DNA of 64,000 nt from Spirochaetia bacterium (GTDB lineage Bacteria > Spirochaetota > Spirochaetia > CADAEX01). Position 1 is the first letter of the stretch, and each line of letters starts with the position of its first letter. Below, piece after piece: positions 57,942-64,000 of the stretch. The notes under the pieces are model-generated. The model was not told where the DNA came from. It worked only from the letters and a program-made list of their open reading frames with translations, and made no database searches. Both the position numbers and the translations under genes were made by a program. The DNA lies in the NCBI GenBank assembly GCA_963662265.2, contig CAXXHA010000010.1:64001-128000 (forward strand), in the 5' to 3' direction.

Positions 57942-57950
57942 ATTATAACA
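57942..57950 (-). promoter_or_regulatory. Extended -10 promoter of tdk (leaderless)
   Basis: Minus strand TG-T-TATAAT, then 7 nt, then ATG 57934. Confidence 0.65.
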
Positions 57951-58186
57951 AAACATTTTTATTTTTACCTGTTGTTTTTAAATTATTTTTCAGGGGAAAT
58001 TCCTGAATTCCCAATATGATTTCAGGAGTTCTGTTCTTTTTTCACCCCTGTACCTGCAGCAGGAAAATATTAACAAAAGAAAGACAATATATTACAATAA
58101 GCAGGTTGCAGTCTTTTTAAACTGCCGCAGAATACCTGATGCTGTTTGTTCAACACTCAGTACAACTTACCGGAGCTGATACTTAT

Positions 58187-58699
58187 ATGAATGAAATACC
58201 TGACAATGTGCATGAAATTGACTGGAACAACTGGGAACCTGAGGAAAAGGCTGTAATAGTCTATATTGTGGTAAAAGACAAGGTACTCCTGATACACAAA
58301 AAAACCGGGCTTGGCGCCGGGAAAATAAATGCTCCGGGAGGAAGAATTGAGAAAGGGGAAAGCCCTGAAGAAGCAGCTGTAAGGGAATGCATAGAGGAGA
58401 CAGGGGTTACTCCGCTGAATATAAAGAAAGGGGCTGAACTTTCTTTTATCTTCAAAGACGGGTATTCACTTTTCGGCCATGTTTTCATTGCCGACAGTTA
58501 CGAGGGGGAGCTGACAGAAACAGAAGAAGCTGATCCGTTCTTCTGCCTGCTTGATGAAATTCCCTATGACAGGATGTGGGAAGATGATATTTACTGGCTT
58601 CCTGATGCACTGAAAGGCAATTTTGCACAGGGCTGGTTCATATTTGATTCAGACAGAATGATAAGTAAAAAAATCGATTTACAAATTAGAAATCTGTAA
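58187..58699 (+). CDS. NUDIX hydrolase, MTH1-like 8-oxo-dGTP diphosphatase (start moved to 58187)
   Basis: LLIHKKTGLG.GK.N.PGG.IE.GE....AA.RE..EETG Nudix box; ETEEA.P; IPYDRMW.DD..WL; GGAG SD. Confidence 0.88.
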   Translation: MNEIPDNVHEIDWNNWEPEEKAVIVYIVVKDKVLLIHKKTGLGAGKINAPGGRIEKGESPEEAAVRECIEETGVTPLNIKKGAELSFIFKDGYSLFGHVFIADSYEGELTETEEADPFFCLLDEIPYDRMWEDDIYWLPDALKGNFAQGWFIFDSDRMISKKIDLQIRNL

Positions 58700-58717
58700 T
58701 TATATTATCTAAAGCCG

Positions 58718-58726
58718 TGCTATAAT
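58718..58726 (+). promoter_or_regulatory. Extended -10 promoter of the REC-HD-GYP gene
   Basis: TG-C-TATAAT about 20 nt before the start. Confidence 0.5.
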
Positions 58727-58744
58727 TTCTGCACCGAAAAAGAA

Positions 58745-59737
58745 GTGATGAAGTATAAAGTATTAATAGCTGACGACAGCGCGACAGTAAGACTTGTTCT
58801 CGAAAAAGCACTGACTCAATGGGGTTTTGAAGTAATATCCTGCAAGGATGGAGAAACAGCCCTTAAATATCTTTTATCTGAAAACGCCCCGAGACTGGCA
58901 GTCCTTGACTGGGTAATGCCGGGCCTGAGCGGAATAGATGTCTGCAAGCAGCTCACAGGCTGCGGTAAATTCATATATACCATCCTCCTGACTTCAAAAA
59001 CAGAAAGAGATGATCTAGAACTTGCAATAGACTCGGGAGCATACAACTTCCTTTCAAAACCTGTCCCTCTCGGTGTGCTGAAACGCTTCATTGATGTAGG
59101 CATTAGAATAATCGGTGATGAAGAAAAGCTCAGAAAGCATGAAAGAAATATCAGAATCAAATGCTACAAAGCAATAGCTGACCTTGCCGAAACAAGAGAC
59201 AATGAAACAGGAATGCACCTGAACAGGATAAGCAGATATTCATCGCTTCTTGCAAGCAAAATCGGTGCAGATGCTGAATTTGTTGAAAATATTGCTATAT
59301 TCTCGCCGCTCCATGATATTGGAAAGGTGGGAATACCTGACGGAATACTGCTTGCCCAGAGAAATATAAGCAGCACAGAATTTGAACTGATCAAAAACCA
59401 TACTGTCCTTGGAGATAAAATACTCAGGCCTGTTCCTACAATGGAAATGGCAGCAGATATTGCAAGGTATCACCATGAAAAATGGGACGGCACAGGATAC
59501 CCTGACAGGCTGAAAGGGGAAGATATACCGCTTGCCGCAAGAATTGTAGGTCTTGTAGATGTTTTTGACGCACTGAGGAGCCACAGGCCGTATAAAGCTG
59601 CATGGCCCTATGAAAAAGCACGGGACCATATAATCAAAAACAGGGGAACTCATTTCGACCCGAACCTGATAGATGTCTTTATAAAGAATGAAGCAGAGAT
59701 AGCTGAAATCAGCGAAAAATACCTGGAACTCTATTAA
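58745..59737 (+). CDS. RpfG-type response regulator (REC + HD-GYP c-di-GMP phosphodiesterase)
   Basis: LIADDS, VLDWVMPG, RDNETG.HL.R, PLHDIGKVGIPD, HHEKWDGTGYP, DVFDAL...RPYK. Confidence 0.93.
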   Translation: MMKYKVLIADDSATVRLVLEKALTQWGFEVISCKDGETALKYLLSENAPRLAVLDWVMPGLSGIDVCKQLTGCGKFIYTILLTSKTERDDLELAIDSGAYNFLSKPVPLGVLKRFIDVGIRIIGDEEKLRKHERNIRIKCYKAIADLAETRDNETGMHLNRISRYSSLLASKIGADAEFVENIAIFSPLHDIGKVGIPDGILLAQRNISSTEFELIKNHTVLGDKILRPVPTMEMAADIARYHHEKWDGTGYPDRLKGEDIPLAARIVGLVDVFDALRSHRPYKAAWPYEKARDHIIKNRGTHFDPNLIDVFIKNEAEIAEISEKYLELY

Positions 59738-59762
59738 TAAGAAGAGAAAAATGAAAAAAAGA

Positions 59763-59791
59763 TTGACTAACTCACTGATGCGTAATATATT
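59763..59791 (+). promoter_or_regulatory. Sigma70 promoter of the symporter operon
   Basis: TTGACT(59763-68)-17 bp-TATATT(59786-91). Confidence 0.65.
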
Positions 59792-59799
59792 GCATTATT

Positions 59800-59817
59800 A
59801 CCGACCTTACGGTCGGT
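59800..59817. promoter_or_regulatory. TetR-type operator O1
   Basis: Palindrome ACCGACC-ttac-GGTCGGT just after the predicted TSS. Confidence 0.75.
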
Positions 59818-60064
59818 TTTAAAACAGTGTAAAATCAGTTGCCGAGAACTTCTGGAAATCTCTTTCTCATTAATTCTGTATATATATTTTCAGAATTGGA
59901 ACAATTCAGCAAATACTAATGAATTCCGGCATAAAAACAGTCAGAATTGCGGCGAAAACTGCATATTTCTGCTCAGCAGCCAGATATTAACACCTGGACA
60001 GGAAAAACAAGCTGCTTGTTTTTCTATGCCAGAGGCATTGTTTTATTTATTTACTGAGGCTTTT

Positions 60065-60082
60065 ACCGACCATACAGTCGGT
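60065..60082. promoter_or_regulatory. TetR-type operator O2
   Basis: ACCGACC-atac-AGTCGGT, 16/18 identical to O1, just upstream of the RBS. Confidence 0.72.
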
Positions 60083-60107
60083 TATTTATAAAAAGAGAGG
60101 TAGAAAA

Positions 60108-60287
60108 ATGCTCGGATTAACAAATTTTTCAGTATTTCTGTCATACATTCTGGTCTTTCTCCTCGCACTTACCTGCATTCTTTACGGAATCATTAACTGG
60201 AATAAAGAAGGTGAGTTAAGCGAAGAGGAAATACTTGAAGAACAGACATGGCTCAGGGAAGAGCTTGAACTCAAGGAACAGAGATAG
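60108..60287 (+). CDS. Small sodium:solute symporter accessory protein, 59 aa (absent from the ORF track)
   Basis: GAGG SD; MLGLTNFSVFLSYILVFLLALTCILYGIINWNKEGE... plus acidic tail; C..YG..NWN motif; stop overlaps the symporter SD. Confidence 0.85.
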   Translation: MLGLTNFSVFLSYILVFLLALTCILYGIINWNKEGELSEEEILEEQTWLREELELKEQR

Positions 60288-60298
60288 GAGAAAACAAC

Positions 60299-61876
60299 AT
60301 GAATATGATACTGCTTTCAGCGCTTATAATTATCTATCTTTCAATAATATCCTATCTCGGATACAGGGGATATATTGAAACAAAAAATGCGGCTGATTAC
60401 ATGGTCGGCGGGAGGAATATCCATCCTTATATAATGGCAATGTCCTACGGCGCAACATTTATTTCAACATCAGCAATTGTAGGGTTCGGCGGTATAGCCG
60501 CGCTTTTCGGAATGAGCCTGCTGTGGCTCACAGTCTTCAACATAGGAATAGGAATTTTCATCGCGTTTGTTTTTTACGGAAAGAAAACAAGAAGAATGGG
60601 ATTGAATCTTGATGCCCATACTTTTCCGGAATTTCTCGGGAAAAGGCTGAACAGCAGGTTTATTCAGAAATTCGCAGGTATAATTATCTTTGTCTTCATG
60701 CCTCTTTATGCGGCAGCAGTTCTCATAGGAGCCTCGAGAATAATCGAAGGGCTGCTTGGAGTACCTTATATCTACTCTCTCTCAATATTCTCCATACTTG
60801 TTGCAGTTTATGTAATCATGGGGGGACTGAAAGGGGTAATGTACACCGATGCACTTCAGGGAAGCCTGATGTTTTTCGGAATGATTTTCCTCCTGTTTAT
60901 AATCTACTCAAAACTGGGAGGAGTAATAGAGGCTCATGTATCTCTGTCTGCAATGACAGACAAAGTACCTGATTCGCTGAAAGCCATAGGGCACCAGGGA
61001 TGGACAGCTTCCCCTGCTTCGGGAACACCGCTATGGTGGATAGTTTATTCATCGCTTGTACTGGGAGTCGGAATAGGAGTACTTGCACAGCCGCAGCTTG
61101 TTGTAAGATACATGACAGTAAAAAGCAACAAGGAACTGAACAGGGCTGTTGCAATAGGGGGGCTCTTTATTCTGATGTGTACAGGAACTGCTTTTATAGT
61201 AGGATCTCTTTCAAATGTATATTTCTTCAAAAATTTCAGCCAGATAGCTATCCAGTTTGCAAAAGGGAATTCAGATAAAATAATTCCGCTCTTCATAAAA
61301 GAGGCAATGCCTTCATGGTTCGGTTATGTTTTCATGCTGGTAATACTTTCCGCGGGAATGTCTACCTTAAGTTCCCAGTTCCACACTATAGGAACAGCGG
61401 CAGGAAGAGATATAATACACGGGAAAAGCAGGAATAAAAACAGGGATGTAATTGTGACAAAAGCTGCAATTCTTGTAAGCATACTGTTTACTGTCCTTCT
61501 TGCAATAAAAATGGAGCCTGGTATTATTGCAAGGGCAACTGCAATATTTTTCGGTCTCATGGCATCCAGTTTTCTTGCCCCGTACACAGCTGCAATTTAC
61601 TGGAAAAAGCTTACAAGAAAGGGAGCTATTGCAGGTATAATTTCTGGGGTATCAACAGCAGTTCTCATGTTCCTTTTTATGCATGGAAAAGAAGCAGCCG
61701 TATTCGGTTTATCAAAAATGATGTTCGGAAAGACAACTATTCTCGGGGGTATCTGGCCTTTTGTCGATCCTCTGGTAATAGCTCTTCCTGTTTCTGCAAT
61801 TTTCACGGTAGTTGTAAGCCTCTATACAGAGGTTGAGAATCCGGAAACAGTGGAAATATCATTTAAAGGTGTCTGA
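60299..61876 (+). CDS. Sodium:solute symporter (SSS/SLC5)
   Basis: DYMVGGR, ATFISTSAIVGFGG, GGLKGVMYTDALQG, AQPQL..R, SAGMSTLSS; about 13 TM helices. Confidence 0.95.
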   Translation: MNMILLSALIIIYLSIISYLGYRGYIETKNAADYMVGGRNIHPYIMAMSYGATFISTSAIVGFGGIAALFGMSLLWLTVFNIGIGIFIAFVFYGKKTRRMGLNLDAHTFPEFLGKRLNSRFIQKFAGIIIFVFMPLYAAAVLIGASRIIEGLLGVPYIYSLSIFSILVAVYVIMGGLKGVMYTDALQGSLMFFGMIFLLFIIYSKLGGVIEAHVSLSAMTDKVPDSLKAIGHQGWTASPASGTPLWWIVYSSLVLGVGIGVLAQPQLVVRYMTVKSNKELNRAVAIGGLFILMCTGTAFIVGSLSNVYFFKNFSQIAIQFAKGNSDKIIPLFIKEAMPSWFGYVFMLVILSAGMSTLSSQFHTIGTAAGRDIIHGKSRNKNRDVIVTKAAILVSILFTVLLAIKMEPGIIARATAIFFGLMASSFLAPYTAAIYWKKLTRKGAIAGIISGVSTAVLMFLFMHGKEAAVFGLSKMMFGKTTILGGIWPFVDPLVIALPVSAIFTVVVSLYTEVENPETVEISFKGV

Positions 61877-61914
61877 TAATTATCAATAACATATTTTCAG
61901 CCCAGGCTGATATC

Positions 61915-61951
61915 AGCACAGCAGGATACAATTATCCTGCTGTGCTTTTTT
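61915..61951 (+). terminator. Intrinsic terminator of the symporter operon
   Basis: AGCACAGCAGGATA-caat-TATCCTGCTGTGCT followed by a T run. Confidence 0.9.
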
Positions 61952-62202
61952 ATATATTTGAAATCAGCTGTATAATTATTTAAACTTTCCAATAAATCTG
62001 TATTAACTTTCAAGAATCTGTTATTATTCATAAACTGTTATAACGCATCATACTTGAAACCGGGATCTGACTTCGTATATTCGAAATAAATATTTATTCA
62101 GAATCTGGAATTATTATAAGGGCAAAAATCTAAGGAAAAAACTCGCAAAAGCGAGTTTTCAGAGGTGCCCATAAATATGATTTCCGCAGATTGGAGGTAA
62201 TT

Positions 62203-62820
62203 ATGAAACAGACATTTAATAATCTTCCAGAAGCAAAAAAAAACAGGATAATAAAAGCCTGTGTCGATGAATTCTGTGAAAATGGATATGATAAAAGTTC
62301 AACTGAACATATAATAAAACGTGCAGGAATCTCAAAAGGGGGGCTTTATGAATATATCAATTCCAAAAAAGACCTCTATCTTTATATTGTAAATTTCACA
62401 TATGAAAAACTATACAGCTATCTCAGGGAAAAAATAAACCTGGAACATTCTCCCCTCCCGTCAGATATACTTGAGAGGTTTAAAATTGTTTCAGATATTG
62501 CCATAGATTTCTATATCGAGCATCCGGAATATGTAAAGCTTATTGTAAAAACCTACAAAATTCATGATGTAGAGATTGAGGAAAAAGTAAGAAATATTTT
62601 CACATCTGAATTCATGTCAATCTTCGGAACTATCGAGGATGATTCTATAAAATATGATAAAGATAAAATATTCGATCTTCTCATGTGGCTGCTTCTGAAG
62701 ACCAGATATGATTTTCTCATAGAACTTGATGAGGCTGCAGATGCTGTTGAACTCAAGAAGGATTATCAGGAAAACTGGGATTTCTTTTTTTCAGTTCTCA
62801 AAAACGGGATTTATAAGTAA
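62203..62820 (+). CDS. TetR/AcrR-family regulator (start moved to 62203)
   Basis: TFNNLPE.KK.RI......EF...GY...S...I...AGISKG.LY.Y..SK.DLY; GGAGG SD. Confidence 0.92.
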   Translation: MKQTFNNLPEAKKNRIIKACVDEFCENGYDKSSTEHIIKRAGISKGGLYEYINSKKDLYLYIVNFTYEKLYSYLREKINLEHSPLPSDILERFKIVSDIAIDFYIEHPEYVKLIVKTYKIHDVEIEEKVRNIFTSEFMSIFGTIEDDSIKYDKDKIFDLLMWLLLKTRYDFLIELDEAADAVELKKDYQENWDFFFSVLKNGIYK

Positions 62821-62856
62821 ACTTTTTATGCCTGCAGAGGAAAAAACACATAAAAA

Positions 62857-62883
62857 TTGAGCCTGAAGATTCCCCAGGCTCAA
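62857..62883 (-). terminator. Terminator between the convergent TetR and HAD genes
   Basis: TTGAGCCTG-9 nt-CAGGCTCAA with a U tail on the minus strand. Confidence 0.65.
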
Positions 62884-62927
62884 AATAATTTAAATAAAAA
62901 ACAGAGATTACTACTCTTTATTAATTC

Positions 62928-63686
62928 TTATTTTTTTTCAGAGGCAGTTACCTCTTCAATCACAGGTAGCAGTTCCCTCAGATCTGATATTGTATAATCA
63001 GCTTCCGGGCCTTTGTCTGAGGGAGAATTATGTTCATACTCTATCAGCACAGTACAGCCGATTCCTGAATCCTTTGCTCCCTTGATATCTTTAGACGGAC
63101 TGTTCCCGATATAAAGAACATTCTCAGGTTCAACACCAGCCTTTCGGCACGCGTAGTGGAATATTTCAGGATGAGGCTTTCTTCTTCCGAATTCAGCAGA
63201 TAGTATTACTGTATCAAAATAATCTGTAATACCATACTCATTCATGGAGTAGGCGACCTGCCCCCTTGAAAGAACATTGCTGATAATTCCCATCCTGATT
63301 TTCTTATTCTTAATCATTTCCAGGACTTCCGCAGTCTCAACTCTCGCACTCCTCTTAACAAAACCTGTATCAATCAGGAATGTAAGATCCTCAGCTATAT
63401 CATCGAGAATATCCTGGCTGACTTTGATATCATCAAGTATAAAATCCTTCCAAAGTTCCTCGGGACTGAGCTCAATAAAACCATCAAGACGCCATTTCCT
63501 GTATCTTTTTATTCCGTCAAGCACCTTTTCCCTGAAAGCTTCTGCAGAATATCCTGCAATTTCAGACACTCCATTATTAATAAGAATATCTGCCATTTTC
63601 CTGCATGATAAATCTGTTGCCTCACTGTCTCCGGGATAGATATCCAGAGTACCTCCCATATCGAAAAAAACCATATCAAGTTTCAT
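62928..63686 (-). CDS. HAD-IA family hydrolase (start moved to 63686)
   Basis: VFFDMGGTL, GIISN, RKPHPEIF, YIGNS..KDI.GA...G; GGAG SD before ATG 63686. Confidence 0.9.
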   Translation of the reverse strand: MKLDMVFFDMGGTLDIYPGDSEATDLSCRKMADILINNGVSEIAGYSAEAFREKVLDGIKRYRKWRLDGFIELSPEELWKDFILDDIKVSQDILDDIAEDLTFLIDTGFVKRSARVETAEVLEMIKNKKIRMGIISNVLSRGQVAYSMNEYGITDYFDTVILSAEFGRRKPHPEIFHYACRKAGVEPENVLYIGNSPSKDIKGAKDSGIGCTVLIEYEHNSPSDKGPEADYTISDLRELLPVIEEVTASEKK

Positions 63687-64000
63687 TGTTATCATCTCCG
63701 CAATAGTTGAAATAATAATCCTGCCTGTACTGTTCCAGGAGATCCAGCGTCTGATATGCATCAGCATCAAGTTTCTTGGCAACCCCTATGAGAAGGGCAT
63801 TGGTTATTGCCATCGGAACAAGGGGAGAATGAAATGCGCCGTGAGGGCCTCTTTCCCCGAACAGGACATACTCACAGTCCCTTATTATTCCCGGCGTCAT
63901 CATATCTGTTATAAGGACAACAGGAACTTTGTTTTTCTTCATTATTCCGGTAAACATCTTCTGATCATCAGAGATCCTGTTGAAATTATAGGCAATAGCA
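63676..64000 (-). CDS. MurR/RpiR-family regulator, SIS-domain C-terminus (5' part outside the window)
   Basis: Frame open to the window edge: AIAYNFNR...VPVVLITD......D..L...RG....FHS...PMAI.NAL. Confidence 0.75.
   Translation of the reverse strand, partial: AIAYNFNRISDDQKMFTGIMKKNKVPVVLITDMMTPGIIRDCEYVLFGERGPHGAFHSPLVPMAITNALLIGVAKKLDADAYQTLDLLEQYRQDYYFNYCGDDNNET

Noticed and set aside
59820-60060. Riboswitch in the symporter leader
   Set aside because: I could not match consensus elements for TPP, SAM, cobalamin, glycine, lysine, FMN or c-di-GMP riboswitches. Operators explain the regulation better. An Rfam scan would settle it.

Overview
Low-GC bacterial chromosomal window with about 48 CDS. 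I saw no tRNA, rRNA, CRISPR array, integrase or intact transposase. Several markers point to a free-living or anaerobic spirochaete (inference): archaeal/eukaryal-type PheS/PheT, a mitochondrial-EF-G1-like FusA outside the str operon, a long Borrelia-type thymidine kinase, and a FecR-PEGA lipoprotein. The main finding is a 16.4-kb block, all on the minus strand (12231-28655), converging on carD-ispD-ispF. It encodes a TPP/lipoate acetoin-dehydrogenase-like complex with LplA, two SorC-family regulators (one with a tandem palindromic operator), an AfuABC/FbpABC-type importer, an MBL-fold hydrolase, a Cof HAD phosphatase, an AraM-like polyol-phosphate dehydrogenase, and a COG4091 oxidoreductase with the motifs of DXR-II/DRL (alternative DXP reductoisomerase). 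Together these suggest a candidate import plus salvage or catabolic ('reverse MEP') pathway for methylerythritol phosphates, MEcPP or DXP; this is a hypothesis. Other observations: a cNMP-binding/nucleosidase-fold protein coupled to a REC-STAS-REC regulator and hybrid kinase; a class III cyclase lacking the specificity Lys; fusA paired with a KaiC-like ATPase; several apparently leaderless promoters; a structured 50-bp direct repeat; and an unannotated 59-aa symporter accessory gene behind two TetR-type operators. All family calls come from motif recognition, not database searches.
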